Positions 36,431-50,726 of a DNA stretch of 64,000 nt are shown one piece after another. The DNA is from Octopus sinensis. Its lineage: Eukaryota. A program made the translations under genes and the position numbers. The notes below the pieces were generated by a model. That model was not told where the DNA came from. It did no database searches and worked only from the letters and a program-made list of their open reading frames with translations. Where the stretch lies: contig NC_043005.1 in the NCBI RefSeq assembly GCF_006345805.1, positions 68,572,001 through 68,636,000 on the forward strand, in the 5' to 3' direction. Each line of letters starts with the position of its first letter. Positions within the stretch are counted from its first letter, which is position 1.

Positions 36431-36537
36431 TTTTTATTATTATCATTGTTGTTGTTCTTCTTACCTTCGTATGCTTTCTTCCCTCTTTCTTCTTATTAAT
36501 ATTGTTATTGTTATCATCATCATCATCATCATCATCA

Positions 36538-36572
<35 letters not shown>

Positions 36573-37496
36573 ATAATTATTATTATTATTATTACAGACT
36601 ACACAAAGTTGTTTACATTCCTAATTTGTTTGTTTCTAATGAAACCACACAAACAGACACACATACACACACATGCGCGCGCACACACATTCGAGATTTT
36701 CTTTAAGAATTAATCATTATGTACCCGCACATAATGTATATAAATGTGTGCTCACTGTTAAGTTATTTATATGTTTTAGCTCATGGTTGACATGTATTTA
36801 CATTAGACTTTCATTGAAATGAATGTTATTAACTTAAAAAAAAACAGAAAAGAACTTTCATATAGAGAAAACACTCGATATTCTATTCATATATTTCAGC
36901 AAATATTAGTGTTTCAGTCTTTTATGTCTGTTTAACTACTTCGTATCTTATTTACTGTGAATAAAACCATGTCTACATTTTGGTGTCCCCATCGGATTCG
37001 TATATGTTCCTAATATTTGACAGCTCTTTACATACAAATATTTTTGAATATTCATAATATCTTGGGATTTAATCAGACATTCATAATTCAAACCAGTCAA
37101 TTTAGTTGTAACGTGTATGTTGAAGAATTAGGATATGGATAGAAAATGTTTAAAAGAAACATGCTTGAGAATATTAAGCAGTATTCTATATTAAAGTGGA
37201 ACCGATATATTATCGATGGAAAGCTAATATGTAAATTAAAGCAAGAGAAATAAGTACAGACCTCCCCATTAATGTAATCCAGGAAATTTACTAGTTTATC
37301 TTTGTATCAATATTAACTTCCTAATCCGGCTTTTAATTCTTTTAACTATTTTTGAAGTGTATATGTAGTGCGCTTTAGTTCTCGAAATACAAATTACTGA
37401 GGCTGCTAGAAAAAGCAAAAGCTAAATCTCCTTCAAATCTCCCGCATCGTTTTAAGATAGAGAAGTACCCATAAGGTGATGGTATGTTAGATACTC

Positions 37497-37734
37497 TGAG
37501 GGCGGCGAGCTGGCAGAAACGTTAGCACGCCGGGCGAAATGCTTAGCAGTATTTCGTCTGCCGCTACGTTCTGAGTTCAAATTCCGCCGGGGTCGACTTT
37601 GCCTTTCATCCTTTCGGGGTCGATTAAATAAGTACTGGTTACGCACTGGGTCGATGTAATCGACTTAATCCATTTGCCTTTCCTTGTTTGTCTTCTCTGT
37701 GTTTAGCCTTTTGTGGGTAGTAGAGAAATATATA
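37497..37734 (+). mobile_element. SINE family A, long-tail variant, with 14-bp TSD
   Basis: tatgttagatactc at 37483-37496 and 37735-37748. Confidence 0.93.
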
Positions 37735-39659
37735 TATGTTAGATACTCCTTCCTATAAAGCTGAGATGGTCTCAACTGGAATGTTTTTGATTGTAGAGCA
37801 ATGAGGTTTCTTCTATTATGAAGAAAATATAAACAATATGGATTTTGCGGGATTAACCTCATCAACAGGAATATATCAATTGGGCACTGGAATGAATGTT
37901 CATCACACCGACAAATCGTATTTTTTTCTATTTGGAACAAAACAAATATGCATTAGATATTCAAATCAAAGCTGAAATGATAATTATAATGACTTAAATA
38001 ATTTGCCTAATTTAATATGTACCAATGTATGTGTGTATGTATGACTGCGTGTGTTACTGATTCATTTCAAATAGCAATGTCAACTATGCATACATTAAAA
38101 ATGTAATTTTCAACTGCCTTCATTCTTTTCTTTTAGCATTAGCTCTCCTCATCTTTAAAATTAAACTATGATTCCAGCAAAGTATATACAATACTCAGTG
38201 ATGTTTTCTTTTGTCAACATATTGAATCTCTCTATCTCACTCCTTAATGTCAATAATACGTCTTCCACAACGTTATGTTGTCTACTGACTGACTGCCTTC
38301 TGTCAAGCACCAGTGAGCCATTGCTTTGAAAGTATTTAATGAAAGTCGTGATGTCGTACTCGACATCGGTAAAGCTGACGATTGTGTTTGTTATGCGAAT
38401 AATCTATCAAAACTGAATGCTTATCAGCTCCCCAACCTCTCATTTCATGGGTCGGTATCTTCCTACTAATATTGACGGAACTATTCCTTACCCTCATTCT
38501 ACCAAATCCAGCATACTCTATGTTTGGGTTTTCTCTTACGTCTATGCATCAATAATTTACATGTCATCATCAACAACATCCGCTCTCACATAGTTTACAC
38601 GGATATTCAACTCTGTATGATCGAATCACATTCTCAACACTACACGCTAAAAGCAGATACCCTAGATGTATCCTTGAATGGGAATATGCCAATCGTATTT
38701 TTTCAACACAATGAAAATACAGAACTTTTTCATATACAAAAAAATAATCATCACACCGCATATAATTACATGTAGTATTTGGGTGGAGTTTTCAAAGTCA
38801 CTCCAATTACTGGATCTTACTATCACCGAGAATATCTCCTGGTAAAATAACTTCTTTGCCAGAGCTATAGCTGCTTCTTGAGACTGGCAACCTCTGTTTA
38901 GGGTCAGGAGATAAATGAACTTCCAACTATCATTGATATTCTAAACTACAAAGCTAATGTCTACGATGAAATATTGTACTCACATTTAGGTCCATGCTGC
39001 TTTCGCTGCTCATTCAGTCCTCCAATATAACAGCAAGGCTCCCCGGCTCCTCTTACTGCATTTTGTAATACCTTTTATTAAGCCATCTGTCCCTCGGAGC
39101 TAGCTGAAGTTATGCTACTCTCTTTTATCACACATTGTCAATCCAATACACCGAATCCTGCACTAAGCTCTGCGTATACTTCTTCTCTCCCACAATGTAG
39201 GCTTCTGGAATATTTTCTTGCTTACATCTTACTTCCTGGTATTACAAAAATTCTAAAAGAGTACTAATATGAATATCATCAAGAATTGCGGTACTCATTT
39301 AACCCATTCTAAGTGTTTCAAGGCATCCACTATCGTAACATATATTTCCACATGCCGTCCAACAGGACTTTGTTCCACACAGTTTGCAGCATACTATCTA
39401 TTAGTGCTTTGAGATTCACAGATCTGTTTAATAGTTTCACTTGGGAATAGTCGACATTCAAAATTGTACTAAATGCTAAAATGGAAAACATGCATTCTAA
39501 TTTAAGAGATATAACAGAGATGGAAGCGAAGTATGTGAATAACCGATTAGTACTCCCGCCAGTGAGAAAAAAATCATTCAGTGAAGGGAACAGCCCGTTG
39601 GTTCTGATCAGATTGAAATTATCTTTTATCTTTCATACTTTATATGTTTCAATTATTAG

Positions 39660-40019
39660 ACAACGACCACAGTGGGGCACCAGCTTGAAAATTTTTCAAC
39701 CCATGAACTTGATTTTTAAAGCCTGGTCGCTTTTGAAGAACCACTAGGTTATGTTGACGTAAATACACTAGCACCGGTTGTCAAGGATTGGTGGAGTACA
39801 AAAGGTCACAAACACGCATGCTCCGCACGCGCGCCCTCACATGCACACACACACACATATCCGACGGGCTTTCAGTCTTCGTATTCCAAATCCATTCACA
39901 AGACTCTGGTCAGCCTGAGTCTATAGTAGAAGACACTTGCGCAATGTGCCTCGCAGTGGGACTGAACTCCGAACCATGTGGTTGGTTAGTAAGCTTCTCA
40001 CTACATAGCCACGCAAGCG
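39660..40019 (-). mobile_element. Degenerate SINE family B
   Basis: Reverse-complement similarity to the other B copies. Confidence 0.8.
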
Positions 40020-40851
40020 AATTAAAAGTCTTAGAAAGCATCCATTTTCACTTCAGTCTCAATGCGATATCTTAATTAGCAATGATTTCTTAGTGTTCCG
40101 AATTATATTACCAAAGACATTGATAGCACTTAGTTTTCAGCAGTAGCAGAACGGAGCCTAACGTCCAAAACAGTGCGAGTCATATGTAAACGGGTGTAAT
40201 CATGTAGAGATCGGTTAAAGTTATTCAGAGTGGAAATCATTGTCATGTAGATTTAGTAAACACAATCATCTTTTGTGGCGACTCGGTGGAGATTTCTAAT
40301 CTTTTGTTAAGGAATCAACAACGGCATAGTTAGCTGCCTTATAAACAATAAAATATACTAATAATTTCAGTTCAGAAAGTACTCTTCTCCTGTTTAGTGT
40401 AATTCTGTTTCTCAGTTTGATCAAAAAAGGCTATTACATTCTAAAACCTGCCTGTATTAGAAATTACATATTTAAAAATAAAAAGAAACTTCGCAATAGA
40501 ATGTGTTAAGAATTAGTTATTTCATGTTCCATTTCCTAGATGTACACAAGTTTTATTTGTTTAGTGAACAAATTTTACTTGTTTTTTTTTTTTTAGTTTT
40601 ATATGTATTTTAATGAATTTCGTAGCAACTTACTTTAGAATTCATTTCTTAATGTATTTTGACGAATAACTATATTTACAGCTCGCGGGAAAAAATTTAG
40701 CCAGTGATAGATTTCTTTAAACATACACATTCTATAGAATGTCGTTATTTTGTTTCATATTTTTCGATTTATATTAATGTATTTTAATATCAATATTCGC
40801 ATATGTTTAGCTTTTTCCATTTTATAATACAAAATTGAAAGACGTTTTTGT

Positions 40852-40891
<40 letters not shown>

Positions 40892-41260
40892 ATCTTCAAG
40901 AGCATAGATTTTGTGTTTTAAGCATCACTATGTGTTAGTGATTTTATTCTTTTACATTTTTCAGAATTCCTATTTAATCTTTGATAGTTTCTTGTTCTCT
41001 TTAGAAACTATAGAAATTAAAATGAAATTCCACCTACGTTTTATAATTACTTAGTTCTAACAGTTTGTTTAAGAAAGTGTTCTCATGAAATAGACTATAT
41101 CTTTATTTAGAAAAAGAAATATCGCAGACATTGCTAGCGTGTTGTTTATGTTCATTTGTGACGAGTGTCTTAAAAATATCTTTTTGAACGAAATGAGTGA
41201 TACATCCATAATGAACATGTCTTAACAGAACTCCCTAGAAAACCAGTTTTGTAATTTCAG

Positions 41261-41335
41261 TCAAACACTGCATCGTTACCAGGGCCTATTGACTTATGGC
41301 TTTCATCTGCTTTGCATCAATCGAATTTATTGGTG
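41261..41335 (+). CDS. Candidate 75-nt exon with strong splice sites
   Basis: ttttgtaatttcag| ... ttggtg|gtgagt; two open frames (SNTASLPGPIDLWLSSALHQSNLLV or QTLHRYQGLLTYGFHLLCINRIYW). Confidence 0.45.
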
Positions 41336-41601
41336 GTGAGTCGAGCCTGCAGATCAAAAGGTTCATCTTTTAGCAAAAATTTCATCATACTTGACAACGG
41401 GTGAACACAATCATTCTTTCTCCCTCTGAAATTCGCGAACAAGATTACAAGAAAGCTTTGCGGGACTGTACAGAATTATTTGCCCCAAACGTGTTACCAT
41501 AAAGAGAGTGAAGTTACACATAAAATAGCATCACACCATTCCATACATTTTAATTCCAAAATCAGTTGATTTATGTGGATCAATTTAGAGTTAAGTTACA
41601 G

Positions 41602-41653
41602 AATTTACATTGCCATGAGATGTTAAACTCACATTATATCTTACGAAACAGGA
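41602..41653 (+). CDS. Candidate exon (NLHCHEMLNSHYILRNR), phase 0 to 1
   Basis: ttacag| acceptor and gga|gtaagt donor; phase-compatible with 41261-41335 and 41809-41849. Confidence 0.35.
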
Positions 41654-41808
41654 GTAAGTTTGGCATTGAATTTCTGTTGAATATTAATCCTGGTAATGGC
41701 CCTATTAATTTTAGAATACGAATGATCAGTCAATATATACTCAAACTGTTTTATAAGTAATAGAGTAAGGACTTTTCTGTTACGCATCTTACACTTTTCT
41801 TTTGATAG

Positions 41809-41849
41809 CAAATACAAATTATGTCACCATTTCAACTCATTTCGCAATG
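41809..41849 (+). CDS. Candidate exon B1 (xNTNYVTISTHFAM)
   Basis: cttttcttttgatag| and atg|gtaatg; paralogous to 42471-42508. Confidence 0.5.
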
Positions 41850-42368
41850 GTAATGCAAGTGTAAAATCCTAGCTGCAATGCTTTCTGCACAACGTTGGTA
41901 AGAAACAAATCTCCCGTAGTTGATAATTTTCTGTTTATTATGTAGCATAGACATATGAGTATCATTACAAAAGACGTTATAGTATTAGTATTATCTATGT
42001 ATGTGTTTATAGTAAATGTATCATGCCAGATATTGCTTTGTTGAATATGTACTGAATGTTAACACCCAACAAAGGAAATAAATGCAAATGATAATCTGGA
42101 GGAGCCAGTCTTAGATATATTTTAGGTTAACTTGTAGTATAAACGACTGCCTGACAAGATGAACAATCACATACTCGAATAACACAAAATTTATATAATT
42201 CTTAATATCCTGATTATCTTCAATCCAAAGGTTTATTTAAATAATATAATTTTCAAAGCGGTAGTTTCTTTCAATCGTAAGATTTACCCGCATAATATTT
42301 CAATCTTATACTTCCTCAAAATTTTAATACATAGTCACACATTCACGAACGTTTATTATATATTTCAG

Positions 42369-42389
42369 CATGACTTGAGCAAACTAAAA
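42369..42389 (+). CDS. Candidate 21-nt micro-exon (HDLSKLK)
   Basis: tatatttcag| and aaa|gtaagt; open only in phase 0. Confidence 0.35.
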
Positions 42390-42470
42390 GTAAGTTTCTT
42401 ACTCAAAATGATTTATAAGTAACAGAGTAAGTACTATTATGTTACGTTTCTTACATTTTCCTTACAATAG

Positions 42471-42508
42471 CAGATAAAAATTATGTCACTATTTCAAATC
42501 TTTCATTG
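42471..42508 (+). CDS. Candidate exon B2 (xDKNYVTISNLSL)
   Basis: ttttccttacaatag| and ttg|gtaatg; exactly 3 nt shorter than B1. Confidence 0.5.
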
Positions 42509-42585
42509 GTAATGCAGTCTATGATCCAAGCTGTAATGATTTCTGTACGACGTTGGGTTGGATTTTATCCGTGTGATAAGAAGCG

Positions 42586-42894
<309 letters not shown>

Positions 42895-42974
42895 ATTGGT
42901 GAATTGAAGAAATGGAGCTGAACGCAGATTGAACAGAAATCGTTTTATTTCATTCTACACGTGTTTCGTGTAGA

Positions 42975-43008
<34 letters not shown>

Positions 43009-43132
43009 TATACACTTTTACAGCTTTCAGCCGTTGAACTGCAGCCATTCTAAGGCGCTATATTTATATATGTGTATGTATTCACAGACAAATAGATAGA
43101 AAGATAGATACGTAGATAGACAAATATGTAAG

Positions 43133-43193
<61 letters not shown>

Positions 43194-43916
43194 CATTATC
43201 TATCTATCTTTCTGTCTATCTCTCTGTAAATACATGCACTTACATATGAACATAGTGTCTTGGAATGGTCGCAGTTAAATGGCCGAAAACTTTAAAAGTG
43301 TATATTAGTATTTAGATGGATACACTCACAGGTTAGTACACGCACATAACACATACTTATATGTTTGTGATTAAGCGTCATGTATTTGAATGTATTAAAA
43401 TCGTTAGTAATAGAGCAAGGGGCATTTATGCGCTGTGATATTCATCATTGAATGCTTATTAATATAGCGTGTTCGAAGGGTATTATAATGTTTCCAACAT
43501 TGATGATATATAAACACCAATTTAAAGTGATCCTATTAAAATGTAAATAACACAGGAAAACCCATTTTAGTGCTGTAATCAATGAACTTGTTATTTTGCA
43601 TTACAAGTTACACTGAAATTGCTTTTTTTTTGTTTTTATGATGCAGATCTTTACTAGCAAACCATTAAACCACAGTATGTAAGTGAGACTAATATGTATA
43701 TTATCCCCACTTTACTCAAGGACAACTATGTAATTGACAGAAAATAATTGTTCGCCAGCTATTAATTATATATATTTCAAAATTCCTTTCGCCTCTGTTT
43801 TATTATAGAAATGCGTGTTTGAAGAAGAGTTAGATTTAAACTCAATATGATGGACCAGCGAAGCAGATATCATAATGTAGTCTATACGCCCCTCACACCT
43901 GTTCAAAACACACCTC

Positions 43917-43977
<61 letters not shown>

Positions 43978-43997
43978 TATATATATGCATGTATAAA

Positions 43998-44205
43998 GAG
44001 CTGGCGAGCAGGCAGAATCATTAGTACCCGGGCAAAATGCTTGGCAGCATTTCGTCAAACTTTAAGTTCAAAATTCAAATTCCACCGAGGTGGAATTTGA
44101 CTTTCATCCTTGCGGGGTCGATAAAAATGTATCAGTTGAGCACTTGGAATCGATGTAATCGACTTACAGCCTCCTCCGAAATTGCTGGCCTTATACCAAA
44201 CTTTG
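43998..44205 (+). mobile_element. SINE family A
   Basis: Family head, core and tail. Confidence 0.85.
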
Positions 44206-44382
44206 GTATATAAAGAAATTGGAAAACACACACATATACATGCATACATCTATATAACTATTATGTTTACATATATATATATGTATGTGCATGTGTGTGT
44301 ATGTGTGTGTGCGTGTATACATATATATACATATATATATATATATCTAGCTATGTCTCTCTTTATCTCTCTCACTCACTCA

Positions 44383-44431
<49 letters not shown>

Positions 44432-45459
44432 CAGAATACAAGGAAACAAACTCCTTATATAGAGTCAAATAAAACATAGTTTAGAAAAGAGAATATAAAT
44501 TTAGCATAAAGATTTATGGTGGTAAGCATTGAAAGTTTGGTTAATATAAAATTCAATTTCTTCAATATTATATTGTCTCTGGAGATGAATATTCTCCTCC
44601 CGCCCAATATATTTCTTAAGCTATTTATAACTTATTTTATCAATAACATACAAACATAACTTTTGAATCAGCATAGTCCGAAGTCAAAGGGTCTATTTTA
44701 ATTTCCGTTCTGTCTTTCTGTCCCGTCAAGGGACCCATATTGTATGTTAGTATCTCACAATAGCAGTTATTTGATTAAATGCGAATTTAAAAATTTGTAA
44801 AGTAGAATTGTTCGCAATGAAAATATAAACATTAAATTCAAAACTAAACAATAGATGAAATAATTGAAAAAAAACGAAACACATGAAAAACTTTTGAAAA
44901 TTTCAAAAGGGATATTTCGGAGAATTTTAATCATGTGCTCATAATGAAAACAGATTTTTGTATAATGTATTTTGCGTATGCATTTTGTTGTAAAATATGT
45001 AAATCCATATATGATAGTTAGTAATATAATCTGTGAGTGTAAATGACAGATGTCCATGTAAATAATTTTAGCGAACAAAAAAAAAAAAATAATAATAAAC
45101 AAGAAAATATTGAACCAAAGTATAAAAAGAACGACAAATGCAAAAAAAGACAGCATACAATGTATCTACATTCATAGTTTTTATCATTCATTTGTATATT
45201 TATATATAATAAGTTTAGAGAGACTCTCATGAATTCGTGTATAATTTACAAAGAGTTATGGGAATAATATTTCTAGATTTCGTGAGTAAAATGAAAATTC
45301 TATAATGCCTCAAAATTGTATCATATTTATTTACTATTTAGTTAAATAAAGACTGCCAAGGCTATATGAGAGCTTGACACACGAACGCATGCACATACAT
45401 GAATGTGTGTCTATTTAGATATGTGGGCATGTGCGAAGAAGTGTTGATATGCCTAAATA

Positions 45460-45528
<69 letters not shown>

Positions 45529-46092
45529 ATATGTATATATGCAGGTGCTTGTGTGTAAATGTAGGTATATATAGTCGCAATTTGCTGCCGGACGATTTTC
45601 GTCTACTATTGAAAGTTTCCCTTTATGGCTGTAAGTGGTTTCCATGATGTATTTGCTTTACGTATGATATACGGTTTGCTATTTTAGATTAATGCTATCT
45701 CTGTTGCACATAACGAATACATAAATACATACATACATCTATATGTGAATGCATATATATGTGTGTCTATATATATATGCTTTCAGGTGGACGTCCGAGT
45801 GTATCAAATTTCTTGGAAGGCACGAGTGGTTGAAAGGATTGCAACAGTTCAGGAATGATTGCAAATAACATTACATGCTGAAGTAACACAGCAAGATGAA
45901 TGCACTTACATAATCATATAAGAATTTTTCCAGCGGTACGTTTCTGAAGGTGAAATTGAAAATAATTTTGTCTGTGCTGTTATTTAGAAAGAAAGGAATT
46001 CAAACATTTTTAGCTATTCGATAATCTAACCTTGATGGGTGAATGCTTTTGGCTTTTGGGAAGTTAGTCTTTTAATATAAACAAACAAAATA

Positions 46093-46992
<900 letters not shown>

Positions 46993-47203
46993 ATAACATA
47001 ATTTCTACATATGTATGTATGCGTGTGTGTATGTATGTATGTTCTTTTAATTTTAGAGAAATTTTGACCTTTAAACATCATCCTTCAAATATTGAGAAAA
47101 TTTTGCAAATTTTTATAGTCCCAGATATCGTAATCATTTGTAACATTCTCTTCTCAAGATCCGAAGTTCGGCTACACTTTGCTCCAGGTGGATTTATAAG
47201 TAT

Positions 47204-47340
47204 CCTGTATGTATGTATGTATCTATGTATGTATGTATGTATGTATGTATGTATGTATGTATGTATGTATGTATGTATGTATGTATGCATGCATGTATGC
47301 ATGTATGCATGCATGCATGCATGCATAAATGTATAAACGT
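47204..47340. repeat. (TATG)n grading into (CATG)-containing units
   Basis: Seen directly. Confidence 0.95.
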
Positions 47341-48080
47341 ATGTATGGATGTCTTTATGAATGTGTGTATGTGTTTACGTATCTATGTATGTCATTATTC
47401 AGTTTTATTTCAAGATTTCTTTCCAATAGAGAAAGAACCGATTTCTAACCTAGATCGAAGAATTCCTTCTCTGGAATTTCGATATCAACAACCGAGTATT
47501 TTTGTATGTATGTATATGTACAGATTTGTACAGACACACACGCACACACTCTCTCACACACACGCACACACACACGCACGCATATATATATACATATGTC
47601 TTGTGAGAGCAACATATAAAGAGCGGTAATTTTTGTCGAGTGTAACTAGGCTCTTTGTGGTTTGAATCACTATCTCCAATTTTGCTGAAATTGTCTCCAA
47701 ATGTAGGATATAGATTAAGTTTTTTATACTAATTACGAAAATGAAAATCACATTTCGTATAAATTTATTATTGTAAAGTTATTAGCCTTTAAACTTTTCA
47801 CAATTTGGGTGGGTATTTTAACGAATTAAAAGCTAGTATTTTGCACATCACCGCGAAATTCTTCTAGCATAGTAAGCAAAGAACTCTGTTTCTTCAGTAA
47901 GCAAGGAGTGTAACCCCACGCGCTGTATAACTGTTTGCAAAGAAGTCTGTTTCCATCGGAACCAATGATGCTGCGCATGCGCACAAGGAGTTTAATCATC
48001 ATGTGTTCCAAGATTGTTTGTTTTCATAACAATAGGAATTGGATTCGAGAACGGAATAGGGGTTTTAGAACAGTGACTAG

Positions 48081-48932
48081 ATGGCCACATCTTTAAACTT
48101 TTTCTATTTGATAGCAAAAAGTAAGACGGAAGAGGATGCAACGTTTTTCTTTGAAGAGAAAGGAATAATAGCTGAGAAGATTTGTTGCAAAGGACATCCA
48201 AAGGAGAAAAAAACAATTTGTGGGAATTTGTACTTGTGTTGCCAACGAAGAGTCTGTGTCTTTTCGAAAAGATACCTGGTTGGAAGTTGACTCCCTTTCT
48301 CTGAGAACGATATTTTTTTTTCGTACTCCTGGATCAAGGAAATGATTTCAATCCGTTTTTGTAATAAAGAACTTGGTATGAATCCGAAGCACAGCTGTTC
48401 ATTACAACAATTTTGTTCCTGAGTTGTGTACAGTGGACCTGCTCCGTGATCCAGTTCAGGTAGGTGATCCCGGAAGGATCATTAAAACAGACGAAACAGT
48501 GTACGCACAACGCAGATATGACCGAGGGAGGATGTTACCTAAGTAGTGGGTCCTTGGAGGAGTATGTTGCGAGATGAGGGAAGTTTACCTTTACGCTGTA
48601 CCAGGTTGTAAACGCGAAACACTAGAGGACGGCATACGACACTCATTTCTTCAGTGAGCTGTGGAGAGCTTATAATCACATCCCAGAAATCGATAGCTAT
48701 GATTTCAAGCATAAAACTGAACCATAGCATCGAATTTATATAGTCAAAATATGGCACTAACACTCAACAAATTGAGAGTACATGGGCGTCTTTAAAGCGT
48801 GAAAACAAGCGTTGATGTGGGACACATTGTTCCATGGTTAACTCGTATCTTTGCGAATTTATGGGGAGGAGATATGAGAAAAATAATCTATTTTATACAA
48901 TCCTAGAGTGCATTGCAAACTTTCGCTCTTGA
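48081..48932 (+). pseudogene. Merlin-superfamily (IS1595/ISXO2-like DDE) transposase pseudogene
   Basis: Across frameshifts: SFRKDTWL, GDPGRIIKTDETVYAQRRYDRGRMLPK*WVLGGVC, SELWRAYN, KHKT-NHS and TNTQQIESTWASLKR...SYLCEFM, matching the IDES/RKYNRGR/WVFGG/SDxWRAY/VNHS/HTQxIESxW pattern. Confidence 0.88.
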
Positions 48933-49431
48933 ATTTTTTCACTGAAAAATGTCTATTTTAAGCAATGATTTTGACTGTTATTTCTAGCAACATACATTCA
49001 TACATACATACATACATACATACATACATACATACATACATACATACATACATACATACATGCATAGATACATATACACATACATACATATGTATATATA
49101 CAAAAATACACATACGCGCGCGCACATGCACACACATACACACAACACACATATATAGTAAAGTCTATTTGCCAATGTGTCAATCCTACGTAGGATGATG
49201 TTACTACATTTTAGCCCCAGGAAACTATATTTTCTACGTGATCTTTGTCCGTATACTGTTACCGAAGGAGTTTATTGTACCCTTTCTAGCTGTAGACTAA
49301 TGGGTTCTGAGTTATATCTCTTCCTCTGTACGGGACAATCGCCAGTTAGAGATGGCAGTCACACGACCTTGCTCACAGTATATACTTTTGAAGCAACACG
49401 CAATCGCTGATCCCGTGAAGAGAAAAACAAC

Positions 49432-50726
49432 TACGAGGGACGTTCAATAAATAATGCCTCTGACCCACTTGCAGTTGATTGATCTACCTGAAATTTTGTA
49501 TGTGTAATTATGTATATCTCTATGGAGTAAGTGGCAAATTACAGCTCTGAATTAATTGTGGTTTCTGATTTACAGGTGTTTAAACCGAGTCAAGTGTGAA
49601 ATGGAGCCTGTTGAGTGTCGAGCAGTGATCCGGTTTTTGTATTTGAAAGGATGCACACTACGGGAGACTTTTGATGAAATGAAATTAACTTATGGTGATG
49701 ATGCCCCATCATATGACCTTGTAAAACGCTGGCATCGTGAATTCAAACATGGTCGGAACTCTATGGAAACAGCTCCCAGATCTGGTCGCCCCCTTCTGCC
49801 ATTGATGAGGCATCTGTCCGTCAAGTTGAGGCTGCCATTTTGGAAGATCGACGCATAATTATTCGCCAAATAGCCCATGAGATCAAGATTAGTACCGGGT
49901 CTGTGGAAACTATCATTCATGACCATTTGCATATGCAAAAGGTGTCTGCCAGGCGGATTCCCAGGTTGCTCACGCCTTTCCAGAAGCAAGAACGCGTCGA
50001 GTGCTCGAGGGTGAATTTGGAGATGTGCCAAGAAGATGAGTCAAAATTTTTCAAAAGACTGATTACACAGGATGAAACATGGGTCCGTCACGATGATCCA
50101 GAGACCAACGCCCAGTCAATGCAGTAGAAGCACCAAGACTCACCCCCTCCAAAGAAGGCAAGGGTGCAGCCCTCCGCTGGCAAGGTCATGCTCACAGTCT
50201 TCTGGGACCAGGACGGAGTAGTGATGACAGATTTCCTGGCAAAGGGTACCACAACTGCAGGAGTCTATTATGCTTCACTTTTGAGGAAATTAAGAGAAGT
50301 TATCAAAATCAAGAGGCGGGGCAAGATCAGCAAAGGCATCCTCCTCCTGCAGGACAACGCTCCGGTCCACAACTCACTTGTCGCCAGATCAGAAGCACAG
50401 GCGTATGGCTATGAACCCCTCCCCATCCCCCCTACTTTCCTGACCTTGCACCCTCTGATTTTCACCTCTTCCCAATCATGAAGTTGTTTTTGAAAGGAAA
50501 GCGTTTCCCAGATGATGCAGCCTTGATTTCTGAAGTCACGTTGAGGTTGGAGGACCAAGCTGGGTTCTTCTACAAAAATGGTCTCCAGAGCCGTATCAAA
50601 CAATGGGAGAAATACGTAACTCTGGGTGGTTCCTATGTAGAAAAAGAGTAATAAATGTGCCAAGTTTCGTTGCTCTACTGCTATGTGAAGTGGGTCAGGG
50701 GCATTACTTCTTGAACGCTCCTCGTA
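49432..50726 (+). mobile_element. Full-length mariner (DD34D) element with TA TSDs
   Basis: TIRs ta-cgagggacgttcaataaataatgcctctgaccca and the reverse complement of the right end, ta-cgaggagcgttcaagaagtaatgcccctgaccca. Confidence 0.95.
49601..50651 (+). pseudogene. Mariner transposase pseudogene (two frameshifts and a TAG replacing a conserved Trp)
   Basis: MEPVECRAVIRFLYLKG...PRSGRP, RRIPRLLT, ITQDETWV, AGKVMLTVFWD, LLQDNAPVH, PDLAPSDFHLF and GGSYVEKE*. Confidence 0.93.

Noticed and set aside
47966-47980. NRF1 site TGCGCATGCGCA as a host promoter
   Set aside because: It lies in the Merlin 5' region and is more simply an internal element motif.
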